64,000 nucleotides of DNA from Zancudomyces culisetae HAW-14-8 (GCA_052426225.1 JBNJNM010000024.1:52274-116273); one strand, 5' to 3'. Shown: positions 9,063 through 19,462, counted from the first letter of the stretch. Notes: generated from the letters alone by a model not told the origin. Translations and numbers: made by a program.

Positions 9063-9393
9063 TATTTATATGTTATATTTTTTGATATATACTCGATATA
9101 TGTTTAGTTCCATTAATAATTACAAATCAAATAGTATATTATTAATAGCATGTATATTATACTGTTAATCAATATATATTTATAAAAATACGTGATAATA
9201 GTATCAATCAAAACATATTTTTAATCCTAATAAAAAGATAATATTTTTTTATCCTTTATAGTATTCAATGGATATTATTTGTTATAACGAAAAAAATGAT
9301 TTCGGATTAAAATTATTCAAGTTGAATAAAAAATAACAAATTGATAATATATATTTAAAATAGTAATATTCGACTTTTAAAAATATTGGATTA

Positions 9394-11487
9394 TTATATA
9401 TTGTTTACCATTCTAAACACTTTACCGGATGCTTCCATCACCGAATCTATTGATTTAGAAATGTTATTTAAATACCACTTATAATCAATGGGGTCGGTAT
9501 TATCAATGGGTCTTAGTTTATCTCCGAGATTATTTTTACCATTTTCCGTAGTTGATACGAATACAAAAAATGTTTCACCTTTTTTTAATGGTCCGTATTT
9601 TCTATTATATACTTCTAATGGATAATTATCCATTTTATAAGGTCCATTGTATATTTTCTTTATAATAAATTCGGATTTATCTAAAGTATGAATATTTGAT
9701 ATCAGCATTCTACAGTGATCTCTAAACAATATATCATTCATTACTCTATATGTTATATCTTTATATATACTAACTGCAAATTTGCATCTATCTCTTCTAA
9801 CAGCTACTACTCCTTTATATTTAATATTATTATCATAATCCAATGTTATATACATTTTCTTACCTAATGAAAGAAATTTTTTATATCTACATTCAAACTT
9901 CATTTTTATCGGATCTGGAAATAGATTAGTAACTTCATCAGCTAGTTTTATATGCATTTCATCATTCATTTCCACATCGTTTGTATATATACACGAATCT
10001 GTATCGCCATATATTACATCAAAACCTTTATCAGTTAAAAAAGTTATAGATTTTTCCAGATTTATTCTACCTATATAAGTTATCCTGGATGCAGCTTGTG
10101 TAAAACATAACTCACCAGCAGAACCAAAAATTCCATATACAGAATTTGCACATATTTTTAATGCATTAGCATATGGTTTATTATTTTTATATTTAACTCT
10201 AGCATCAACTAATTTTTTTACCATGTTGGGAATAATACCAAATTTAGTTTTATCAAAGAATTTACCATTCCATGTACTATAGCATATATTTTCGGAAATT
10301 ATAATAGAAGGATATAATGATGTGAAGTCCATACATGCAGCATGTTTATATAATTTTGGTTTGCATTCTACAACTATAGCTCCTTTATATTCATCTTTAT
10401 CATATTTGTTAAATTCCATATGATAATTATACTTTTTACATTCGATATATAACATATTTTTCATTCTTATCTGCTGCCCCCTAGTAAATAATTCTTCAAC
10501 ATTGGTATATGTTATATTAGATAAAGAAATGATGCTTTCCAGCATGGAACATTTTTTTGCGATATCCATGACCAATAGACAATCTTTGACGCAATATTTT
10601 ACTATATCGGATATTTTATCTGGATTTTTATGTATGTTATCCCATAAATCCCACATTTCATAAGAATTTAAATCTTCTTTATATCCGCAGTTGAAAAAAT
10701 TGGAAACGGTATTTAATCTATAATCGTCTATATTAAATGTACGTTTACAGTAATGATATAGATCTACACATAATATACCATCTATACTAGGGTAGCTTAT
10801 ATCATTATTGGTGTATGCAGAACTACTCCATGTAATTTCAATCATTTTTGAATCTAGTGGATGTCTAGCATTTATATATCTCCAGTCGAAACCGTGTGTA
10901 TTATAACCAATTAATATATTTGCAGATTTTATATAATTGTAAAAATTGATAATTAATTCATCTTCGCTATTGCAATATTTAATGTTGGTAGATTTTATAT
11001 CTATATTGGTATTAATAAATGTTATATTATCGCATTTATTAGATACGACACTTATGCATATAATTGAATCTTCTTTTTTCTTAGGATCTGGGAATGTTCT
11101 ATCGCGAGAATAGACTTCTATATCAAAACTCATTATATGCAATTCGGGAATTATATCTATGGATAAATAATATATATCATGCATAGATAAATTTTCCAGA
11201 TCATTATTAATTAATTTGATCCAGCAACATTGTTTCAAACCTTTAATATAAAGAAATTCCAGTACACTATTCTTATGTTTTCTAGTTTGTATATCTACCA
11301 TTACATCTTTTGACATTATAAGAGATTTTTTTCTTAAATTGCAACCTTTCACTTCTACAGTGGGATAAAAATCTTTTATAATTATATAAACATTATCTTT
11401 ATCTTTATTAGCGATACCGTATCCATATATCCAATTATTTTTATATTCCCATTTATAGATAAAAATTTTCATTGTTTCTTTATCCAT
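9394..11487 (-). CDS. polB: Family B DNA polymerase (RNA-primed, delta/NCLDV-like)
   Basis: ExoI SFDIEV, ExoII GYNTHGFDWRYI, ExoIII YCVKD, DFTSLYPSII, KICANSVYG, YGDTDS, KKMY, KGVVAVRRD. Confidence 0.97.
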   Translation of the reverse strand: MDKETMKIFIYKWEYKNNWIYGYGIANKDKDNVYIIIKDFYPTVEVKGCNLRKKSLIMSKDVMVDIQTRKHKNSVLEFLYIKGLKQCCWIKLINNDLENLSMHDIYYLSIDIIPELHIMSFDIEVYSRDRTFPDPKKKEDSIICISVVSNKCDNITFINTNIDIKSTNIKYCNSEDELIINFYNYIKSANILIGYNTHGFDWRYINARHPLDSKMIEITWSSSAYTNNDISYPSIDGILCVDLYHYCKRTFNIDDYRLNTVSNFFNCGYKEDLNSYEMWDLWDNIHKNPDKISDIVKYCVKDCLLVMDIAKKCSMLESIISLSNITYTNVEELFTRGQQIRMKNMLYIECKKYNYHMEFNKYDKDEYKGAIVVECKPKLYKHAACMDFTSLYPSIIISENICYSTWNGKFFDKTKFGIIPNMVKKLVDARVKYKNNKPYANALKICANSVYGIFGSAGELCFTQAASRITYIGRINLEKSITFLTDKGFDVIYGDTDSCIYTNDVEMNDEMHIKLADEVTNLFPDPIKMKFECRYKKFLSLGKKMYITLDYDNNIKYKGVVAVRRDRCKFAVSIYKDITYRVMNDILFRDHCRMLISNIHTLDKSEFIIKKIYNGPYKMDNYPLEVYNRKYGPLKKGETFFVFVSTTENGKNNLGDKLRPIDNTDPIDYKWYLNNISKSIDSVMEASGKVFRMVNNI

Positions 11488-11572
11488 TGTCTCTGAATAC
11501 TATTAAGGATTTTTATTTATAAAATTTAGATATTTTTTAATTGTGATTGACTAATTACAAATTAAATCAAAT

Positions 11573-11755
11573 ATGCATAATAAGAAAATATACAATAATG
11601 TCTCTATAATTATAGAAGAAGGATTAACATGGGAGGATAGCAAAAAGAGATTCTGTATATTAGAAGGTAATATACAAAAAGTATATATAAGATATATTAT
11701 AAAAAAGTATGGTTTCGACGCTGCTATGAAATTAGTATTCAAAGGAGACAAATAA
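11573..11755 (+). CDS. Small hypothetical protein (60 aa)
   Basis: Fills the gap between PolB and IR-B; stop codon abuts IR-B; purine-rich codons like other genes. Confidence 0.55.
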   Translation: MHNKKIYNNVSIIIEEGLTWEDSKKRFCILEGNIQKVYIRYIIKKYGFDAAMKLVFKGDK

Positions 11756-11895
11756 TTTTAAATAGTTAGCTATTTAAATAAAATAGTTTTAAAACTTTTT
11801 TTATATATTGTTATTTGATGATATGCTATATTCCTATATACAATATATATATTTCGATAATATTAGTATACATATTTTTTGTTATTCGAAAAATA
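11756..11895 (-). repeat. Inverted repeat IR-B (140 bp)
   Basis: Reverse complement of 975-1115 and of 27007-27147. Confidence 0.92.
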
Positions 11896-11933
11896 AATAT
11901 TATTTTTAATATAAAAACATCATAAAATATTTA

Positions 11934-13748
11934 TTACATTATTTTGGAGTATATTATATATGTGTACATTTTGGAGAGTTCTTTTTCCTCTTTAGTCGCA
12001 AATGATATGTTATATTTATGAGTCAAATCATGTTTTTTATATCCGTTTCCAATCATAATATTATCTATATTTTTTATATCTGGTATTTCCTCCGTTATAT
12101 TCGAAGCTGTACTAGTATTGGGTATATTTATATTTACCATGTTGTTTTCCAATTTGGTAATTTTTATATTATCACTATCTAGATCGGAAGGTTTATCCAT
12201 AATAATAAGTAGAGCATGTTTAGATCGGAGCATGAATTTGATGAAATCGTTACACCATGGTACGAAAAATATGCTTACTATATCAAAATATATATTTTTT
12301 ATATCTTGAACTTTACATCTTAGAAATGTTATATTTGCCGATACATTTCTAAGCCTGGTCTCGGGATCTATAGCATACACTTTAGTGAAATGATCCCACT
12401 TAGATATATCACCACCCAATCCAGAACCTATATCTAATAATATTCCATTAAATTTTTTTAGCATAATAAGCTTTATTTTGTTATGGTGATATCTTAGACA
12501 TGGAATACCATGTCCTGTGCATATATTATCAATAACATCATCTTTAACCGGCATATAATAATTTGGAATAAGTTTATCTTCTCTTTTTCTAATTGGATTT
12601 AAATTTATATCAAACTCATATATACATCCTTCTTCCAGCTCGATATGAGATATTCTTTGCGAATTGGTTTCTCTAGCTAAATATAAATATCCATTAATAT
12701 ATTGTAAATCAACTGTAGGATTTGGTTTAGATTTATACACTGTATTATAATAACCCTTTTCATTGGTCAATATAACACCGTCTATTTTTGCTGAAATATT
12801 ATATATATTATCTTTAGCATTTCGCAAACTATCATAATCTGTTATTTTATATATATTTTTTAGTTTTATCGAACATATATTTTCAGGTATACGTTCATTC
12901 TTTATTATATCAGCGGATATATATTTCCGAGTTTCTTCATTATATACTATATAATTATGAGTTATATCTTGTATATATTTTGCATATTTTAATCTATCTA
13001 AATAATTATTATCTGTTAACTTGACATTTTTATACATCATTATATCCAATATAAATATGTCGGTATTTACCAATTCAACTTCATAAACAGTATCAAAATT
13101 ATCCAATGAATTGCTCATGTTTATCTCTCCATTATCTTTAATTATACATATTACCCTTGTTTCAGTATCGAGATACATAACAGCATGTTCGCCATCATAT
13201 TTAGGCGATATATATAATATATTATTATCTATATTAGATAATATTTCTGATGCGTAAGCATCTTGTGGTTTTACACACGGCCAAAATGGTACAGAATAAC
13301 TATTCAATATATCTATTGTCTCGGATAGTGTATCTCTCTCAAATTCAACTTCCAACATATATATATTATTTTCTCTATTTATAACTACTAATGGATTATC
13401 TTGTATTTTGAGCCTGTCGATTTTTCTTAATATGTGTTTATTTAATATATAATCAAAATTTCTATATCTTTTCTCTACAGAACATACTATATTAATATTT
13501 TCTATAATAACTCTATCGACTAGTTCTTTTGTTTCTATATAATCCTTTCCATATTCCTTTCGTATAGTTAATGTTGGTAAATCTTGAGATTTATAATATT
13601 GAATTGTTATAGTCTCATAATCTATAAAGTTTGTAGGTGGGGGTATACACATTCTAGCTTCCAATTCTATATTAGTATGTAATACATTACATTGTATAGA
13701 TTCGAATACATTTAATATATTCTCGATTTTTTGTATTTTATCATCCAT
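11934..13748 (-). CDS. Trifunctional mRNA capping enzyme (triphosphatase, guanylyltransferase, N7-methyltransferase)
   Basis: ELEAR and EVEFE tunnel motifs; PKYDG; EVELV; DGVIL; YKSKP; LLDIGSGLGGDISKW SAM-binding motif. Confidence 0.93.
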   Translation of the reverse strand: MDDKIQKIENILNVFESIQCNVLHTNIELEARMCIPPPTNFIDYETITIQYYKSQDLPTLTIRKEYGKDYIETKELVDRVIIENINIVCSVEKRYRNFDYILNKHILRKIDRLKIQDNPLVVINRENNIYMLEVEFERDTLSETIDILNSYSVPFWPCVKPQDAYASEILSNIDNNILYISPKYDGEHAVMYLDTETRVICIIKDNGEINMSNSLDNFDTVYEVELVNTDIFILDIMMYKNVKLTDNNYLDRLKYAKYIQDITHNYIVYNEETRKYISADIIKNERIPENICSIKLKNIYKITDYDSLRNAKDNIYNISAKIDGVILTNEKGYYNTVYKSKPNPTVDLQYINGYLYLARETNSQRISHIELEEGCIYEFDINLNPIRKREDKLIPNYYMPVKDDVIDNICTGHGIPCLRYHHNKIKLIMLKKFNGILLDIGSGLGGDISKWDHFTKVYAIDPETRLRNVSANITFLRCKVQDIKNIYFDIVSIFFVPWCNDFIKFMLRSKHALLIIMDKPSDLDSDNIKITKLENNMVNINIPNTSTASNITEEIPDIKNIDNIMIGNGYKKHDLTHKYNISFATKEEKELSKMYTYIIYSKIM

Positions 13749-13945
13749 TATATAATGTTAGATTGTTTTTTATTTTTTATCATCGATGTTTTTTTATAAT
13801 AAATATATATCATATATGATTCTTTAGGATTTCAAAATATAAAAATTGATATTAATATCGAGAATATATTGATATACGAATTATCACATAAAAAATTAGG
13901 ACAACTATTTTGCTCAAATCAAACCAGTAAAATCGAATATAAAAA

Positions 13946-15049
13946 ATGTGTATAGCAAAAACTTTATCAGGGGTTAAATGTGCATATAAGCCACTTATTA
14001 ACTATGAAGTATGTGGTAAGCATATAAGTAGTGATACTCATATAGAAGGTAGATGTTCTTATATAATGAAAAATAAACTATATTGTAATAGAAGTATAAA
14101 AAAACAGGGTAATGAAAAATGCGGAATACATAGCAAAATAAGGAGTAATATTAAGTCCGAGATTAATATTAAGTCCGAGATTAATATTAAGTCTGAGATT
14201 AATATTAAATGTAACGCTTTAACCAAAAAAGGATTAAATTGCAAATACAAAGCATTGGATGGATATGAAACATGTGGTATTCATACAAAAAGTAAAGCTC
14301 ATATAGATGGTCGTTGTATAGTAAAATCTAAAGATAGCATCACTTATTGTAATAGAATGATAAAGAATTTAGATGAACAAGAGATAGGTAAGAGATCATT
14401 ATTATTGTGCGGATTACATAAAAGATTCTCTATAAATAAAAGAATTAAAGCTCGCACATGTATATGGTTAGATGGAGTTTTCTGTTTAGATAAAAGAGGT
14501 TCATCGGTATTTTGCAATAAACATTACGAAGATAAACTTATAGTATTCGCCAAAAAAGAGAAAGATTCTTATGAGTATCCGAATAAGAAACAGAGATATA
14601 TGCGTGTAATTTATAATATCAAACCCACTCAAGAACTTAAACCTATCCAAGAAGCTAAACCCACTCAAGAACTTGAAATATTATCAGATAGCGGTGATGA
14701 TGGTATAAATCACGATATTGATATAAGAAATGTAAAAACAGGATTTGGTAAAGATAGTCTAAATAGAGATACATGGCGTGGTCAACTAATAACACCAGAA
14801 ATGCAAATACAGTTTGATAAATATAGAATGCAAGCTAAGGAAAGAGAAGAAATAGAAGAATTTAGTAGAAAATTTAAAGAAGAACAAGCTATTGAGAAGA
14901 TGAGATACGAAAAAGAACAAGAAAAAAAAGACATTCGTCATAAAATGCTAATGGAGCAAGCTAGATTAAGATCATTGAATGAAACCAAAAATAAAAATAA
15001 AAATAAAAATAAAAATAAAAATAAAAATAAAATAAAAGATAATATATAG
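13946..15049 (+). CDS. Protein with repeated C-x9/10-C-x9/10-CGxH zinc-finger-like motifs and a charged coiled-coil tail
   Basis: CIAKTLSGVKC..CGKH, CSYIMKNKLYC..CGIH, CNALTKKGLNC..CGIH etc.; motif type common in large DNA viruses. Confidence 0.75.
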   Translation: MCIAKTLSGVKCAYKPLINYEVCGKHISSDTHIEGRCSYIMKNKLYCNRSIKKQGNEKCGIHSKIRSNIKSEINIKSEINIKSEINIKCNALTKKGLNCKYKALDGYETCGIHTKSKAHIDGRCIVKSKDSITYCNRMIKNLDEQEIGKRSLLLCGLHKRFSINKRIKARTCIWLDGVFCLDKRGSSVFCNKHYEDKLIVFAKKEKDSYEYPNKKQRYMRVIYNIKPTQELKPIQEAKPTQELEILSDSGDDGINHDIDIRNVKTGFGKDSLNRDTWRGQLITPEMQIQFDKYRMQAKEREEIEEFSRKFKEEQAIEKMRYEKEQEKKDIRHKMLMEQARLRSLNETKNKNKNKNKNKNKNKIKDNI

Positions 15050-15106
15050 CTATTTATATTTTATATAGCTATTTATATTTTATATAGCTATATATTATAA
15101 AAAAAG

Positions 15107-15139
15107 AAGCCCCCCGTCAGTATATGGGGGGCTTTTTTT
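15107..15139 (+). terminator. GC-rich stem-loop followed by a T-run
   Basis: AAGCCCCCC-gtcagtatat-GGGGGGCTT-TTTTT, about 60 bp after the 367-aa ORF. Confidence 0.65.
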
Positions 15140-15367
15140 GCCTTTTTATATACCAAATATGAATAATATATTTTCAGAATCTAAACAATCACATTGCCAT
15201 TTTACATATAGCATATTCGGTATTTTATACTATATATAGCACTATATTTAATATATATTAAACATAAGTATTCATTCTAATCCAGTCCTGACAATACTAT
15301 TCTTAAAGACATTCATATAATATTCATTTATTAATAACATTTCAAGATATAAAAAACAATTAATATT

Positions 15368-17131
15368 ATGAATATTCCAATATATTACGAAGATAACCCT
15401 CATAACTGCATCGAAAATGTATCATTTACCACAACAACCCCGGAACAAAATTTTGTTTTATCATATATGCATCCTAAAACACCATATAGAAGTCTACTAC
15501 TATCATTTCAGTTGGGAATTGGAAAAACTTACTGCGCAGCTGCCTTATCATATTTATTCAATATCAATGGTTTTGATGTCATTTTCATATCGCATAACAC
15601 AAATACAATAACAAATTTTAAGAATGAATATAAAATTTTTATAAATGAGAATAGATTAAATAGTAAAAGTATGAATATAAAATATTACGGTTTAACAAGC
15701 TTCTCGAGAAATAAAGTGAATATAGACAATTCTTTGGTAATTATAGATGAAGCTCACAATATGAGAGAAAATGCTAGCAGATATACATATATAAAAAAGA
15801 AAATGCATGATTCCACCAACTCGAAACTTCTTATAATATCAGCCACGCCAATGATAGATAATCCTAACGAATTGAAATCATTATGCAATATGCTACCCAT
15901 AGAAACGCCAATAGCTTATGCCGAAAACACGTTTAAATACGGATATGGTGTTTATATACTAAATAAAGATATAAAATATTCGAATAATTCGGAAAAAGAT
16001 ATAATCAATAACAATATGCTATTCGCGACCGAAATGAAAGGTTTACAGTTAAAAAAATATAATGATGAAAAAGGTAAAAAATGCAAAGATATATATACAA
16101 CATTACGTCAGCTAACATTAAGTACCGGTGTTTATAACAAAAATATTCCTTTAGAAGAACAGTCAGCCAAAATAAATTTTCTTATAAATAACATACCAGA
16201 AAATGAATTGGTTGTAGTTTTTGTTTATTATATAAAAAGAGGGATTACGTTTTTATGCGATGTTTTAAATCATTTAGGTTGGACAACAGTAAGAGGTCAG
16301 GAGAAATCTTATGCTGTAATAAATGGTAATGTATCTACCGAAGAAATAAATAATATATTGCGGGATTTCAATAGCTTGCAAAATTATAACGGAAAAGTAA
16401 TACGTCTTTTGATAGGAAGTAACGTGCTTAACGAATCTATAACTTTGAAAAACGTAACAAATGTACATATATTAACACCGTATTGGAATTACGGATATAT
16501 AAATCAGGCTATAGGCCGTGTTATACGAAAAGGTTCTCATACATCCAATGTACAAATAAAAATATATAAGCATGTATGCTTAAATTCTATAGATATTGAT
16601 ATGTACAAAATAGCATACGATAAAAATATAAAGATATTGGAAGTTATGAATGATATTAAAACAGAAAACGTATGCAAACCTCTAGCCGAGATATTCAATC
16701 CACCAATACCCGATAATATACAAATATTTCAAATTGATGATTTTATATGGGATTTTAGGAAATGCTTCGATATAAATGAAAATAAAATATCATGGTGCAA
16801 TGTATATCCGGATAAAGCTGAGTGTTATGATATCGTAAATCGAAAGAAATCTATAAGCGTATGCTCGGATATGAACATATTTACAACTCGCGATTATCCA
16901 AACACTCCACTTATATGGAGAAGTTGTGTAGATAGAAGATTAAGATTTACATATATAGATATAACGAAGAATAAAAAATTTCAAAGAAGAGGTAAACTTA
17001 TAGATAATATGAATCGTGATGAATGGGAAATAATAAAACAAACACTCAAAATTGATAAAAATATCAACATAATAGACTATATTTCAAAAAATAACTACTA
17101 TTTTGAAGAGCAAATATATCTCAAAGAATAA
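15368..17131 (+). CDS. SF2 DExH helicase, poxvirus D6/D11 (VETF small subunit/NPH-I)-like
   Basis: RSLLLSFQLGIGKT, IIDEAHN, ISATPM, ESITLKNV..VHILTPYWN..QAIGRVIRKGSH. Confidence 0.9.
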   Translation: MNIPIYYEDNPHNCIENVSFTTTTPEQNFVLSYMHPKTPYRSLLLSFQLGIGKTYCAAALSYLFNINGFDVIFISHNTNTITNFKNEYKIFINENRLNSKSMNIKYYGLTSFSRNKVNIDNSLVIIDEAHNMRENASRYTYIKKKMHDSTNSKLLIISATPMIDNPNELKSLCNMLPIETPIAYAENTFKYGYGVYILNKDIKYSNNSEKDIINNNMLFATEMKGLQLKKYNDEKGKKCKDIYTTLRQLTLSTGVYNKNIPLEEQSAKINFLINNIPENELVVVFVYYIKRGITFLCDVLNHLGWTTVRGQEKSYAVINGNVSTEEINNILRDFNSLQNYNGKVIRLLIGSNVLNESITLKNVTNVHILTPYWNYGYINQAIGRVIRKGSHTSNVQIKIYKHVCLNSIDIDMYKIAYDKNIKILEVMNDIKTENVCKPLAEIFNPPIPDNIQIFQIDDFIWDFRKCFDINENKISWCNVYPDKAECYDIVNRKKSISVCSDMNIFTTRDYPNTPLIWRSCVDRRLRFTYIDITKNKKFQRRGKLIDNMNRDEWEIIKQTLKIDKNINIIDYISKNNYYFEEQIYLKE

Positions 17132-17173
17132 AAATAGTAATAATAATAAAAAAAGAAAGTCGAAGATCAAAAA

Positions 17174-17689
17174 ATGATATATAATAGCATAGATAAAACA
17201 TTGATAAGTTTATCCGACGATAAAAGAAAATTGGGTGAGGGATTTCTAATCGATATATACTATGATGGAGGGATTCTACAGATATCAGAGAAAAACAAAT
17301 TCATGATAATAGATGGTATAACAACAACTAAATATAACAAGAGACAAATTTTGTTGAAATCTAAAGTTCTAACAAAGATGATAAATGATATAATAGATTC
17401 AATATCAGAAAAATATGACATAACAGTAACTGATCCTTTTTATGACGGCAACATTAAAATAAACATAAATGATAAAACAAGAATAACTGATGTAAAAACT
17501 AGAAAAATTCTAAATACCGATTTAACCGGTAAAATTTTCTACGCATGTATATCAATTACTGTCCAATCCATTTTCCAAATGAATACAAAAACTACTATTC
17601 AGTTAAATGCTAATGAAATAGTAATATGCAAAGTAAAAGATAGTGATCTGGAAATAGATATATCTAAACTCACATTATCCGAAATTTAA
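17174..17689 (+). CDS. Probable single-stranded DNA-binding protein (OB-fold, NCLDV-type)
   Basis: 171 aa; beta-strand pattern ACISITVQSIF..TIQLNANEIVI and acidic tail; adjacent to the helicase. Confidence 0.45.
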   Translation: MIYNSIDKTLISLSDDKRKLGEGFLIDIYYDGGILQISEKNKFMIIDGITTTKYNKRQILLKSKVLTKMINDIIDSISEKYDITVTDPFYDGNIKININDKTRITDVKTRKILNTDLTGKIFYACISITVQSIFQMNTKTTIQLNANEIVICKVKDSDLEIDISKLTLSEI

Positions 17690-17753
17690 TATTGGGTTGT
17701 TTCTATCTATATAATATCACTAAAGCTGCTAAATCCGTATTGATTTTTATTTT

Positions 17754-17818
17754 ATACATCTTTTAAAACATAAATATAATACATCTTTTAAAACATAAAT
17801 ATAATACATCTTTTAAAA
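17754..17818. repeat. 25-bp tandem repeat x2.6
   Basis: ATACATCTTTTAAAACATAAATATA between convergent genes. Confidence 0.85.
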
Positions 17819-17834
17819 TACTACCGATGTAATA

Positions 17835-19172
17835 TTATACATTTATAGTATTTATTCTTTTATTGAATAACTTAAAACTCGGTACTTGCGCTTGCGGATG
17901 AAAATCTCTAATAAAAGCAATCAATCCTTCGTAGCTATTACTACTGAATCTATTTTGTTTTATATATTTAATTATAATATCATTCTCGTCTTGTACGGCT
18001 CTTGTTGATTCTTCTATCTCTTTACATTCCAACAATCCTTCATTTATATATCTACGCGCTTCTTCAATCATTATTTCCATAAATGAACCGGCATATGTTC
18101 TTAACTTACCACCTAACATTTTATCTACAGGTAAATCATTAGGGAGTATTATTTTATCTGTAAAATTGGATATAAATGGTAAAACAACTATTCTATTCCA
18201 TATAGCTTCTTCCAATACTGCTATATTATCTGTTGTATTTACTATATATATTATTTTCGCAAGCACATTTATATTCGAACCTTCTTTATATAGTCCTCTT
18301 ACATATATGGTATCATTTCCTGTGAGTTCTTTAACTATCCCTATATTTAACTTCTCATCATGAGACGGTTCTTGTAGAAATGCTACCAATTTTTTTTCCA
18401 ATAGAGCCAGTTCTGGTGTGGCTCCAGACGATATTGTTCTTTTACCAGTTACAAGAGATGTCGGTAATTTTATAGAATATTCTCCCATAGCCAACTCGAT
18501 TAATCTCGCCAATATAGATTTGCCATTATTACCTATACCATTCCAAATCATGAATATTTTATCTTTATTTCCAGGTATTAACAATGAGCCGGCATATCTT
18601 AAGAAATATTTCATTATATTTTCTTGAGGGAATATATCTTTTAGCATACGCAATACTTTCTCTTTATAATCTATATTTAAAGGCATGTGAGTATTTATAG
18701 AACAGTAATCATTGGGATAACCATCTCTCAGATTGCCGTTAAATACATCAAATGATACATTCCCAATTCTAATAGATTTAAAATTGCTTAATTTCTCTGT
18801 AAATTTTTTATTATAAGAATGTAGTGCTATATCATTTATAAAACTCTTTCTTTTATTGAAATTACTACCGCAAGATGGATAGAAATTTATAATATATTTA
18901 ATCAAACATATATTACCATGATCAATTTCCCATATACCGTTATTGAAAACGTAAAATATTTTTCTATCGCAGTCTATACATACGAATTTATCTTTATATA
19001 ACAATGAAAATTTATTAGCTTTATCGTAATTTGTTGTTGCTTCTATGTTTCTTATTTTTTCATCATAGATTTCTCTTGTGTTTGAAATGTTTAACTGATG
19101 AAAGATATCTATTATATCACACTCGAAAGAATAATTCGGAATTATATTTTTTATTATTTGATATTCATCCAT
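17835..19172 (-). CDS. D5-like / P4-type SF3 helicase without a primase domain
   Basis: D5_N-like FYVFNNGIW; Walker A GIGNNGKS; ATPELA, QEP, VKELTGNDTIYVRGLY, AIWNRIVVLPFISNF. Confidence 0.93.
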   Translation of the reverse strand: MDEYQIIKNIIPNYSFECDIIDIFHQLNISNTREIYDEKIRNIEATTNYDKANKFSLLYKDKFVCIDCDRKIFYVFNNGIWEIDHGNICLIKYIINFYPSCGSNFNKRKSFINDIALHSYNKKFTEKLSNFKSIRIGNVSFDVFNGNLRDGYPNDYCSINTHMPLNIDYKEKVLRMLKDIFPQENIMKYFLRYAGSLLIPGNKDKIFMIWNGIGNNGKSILARLIELAMGEYSIKLPTSLVTGKRTISSGATPELALLEKKLVAFLQEPSHDEKLNIGIVKELTGNDTIYVRGLYKEGSNINVLAKIIYIVNTTDNIAVLEEAIWNRIVVLPFISNFTDKIILPNDLPVDKMLGGKLRTYAGSFMEIMIEEARRYINEGLLECKEIEESTRAVQDENDIIIKYIKQNRFSSNSYEGLIAFIRDFHPQAQVPSFKLFNKRINTINV

Positions 19173-19462
19173 ATTGACTATATTTTTTCGGTGATAATTT
19201 GGATACGGTAAATTTGAATATTCTGAATTATATTCATATATATTTATATTTTCAACAATGGTTTTAAATCCGTATTATATACTATTTTAAACCTATTTAT
19301 AATATTTAAAAAAAGTTATCAATAATAACTGGACAGTTATGCCGCGAAATAAACATAAATATAAAAAATATCCATATCTCCCAGATTTATATTTTTCTGT
19401 TAGATGAAATTATTAAATATAATATCGCTTAAAAAATATAATATCGCATAGGGTCATATAAT

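Noticed and set aside
15145-15330. Possible decayed ORF on the minus strand
   Set aside because: Only fragments of about 22 codons or fewer with multiple stops and no recognisable homology
17754-17818. CRISPR-like array
   Set aside because: Contiguous 25-bp tandem repeats with no spacers and no cas genes
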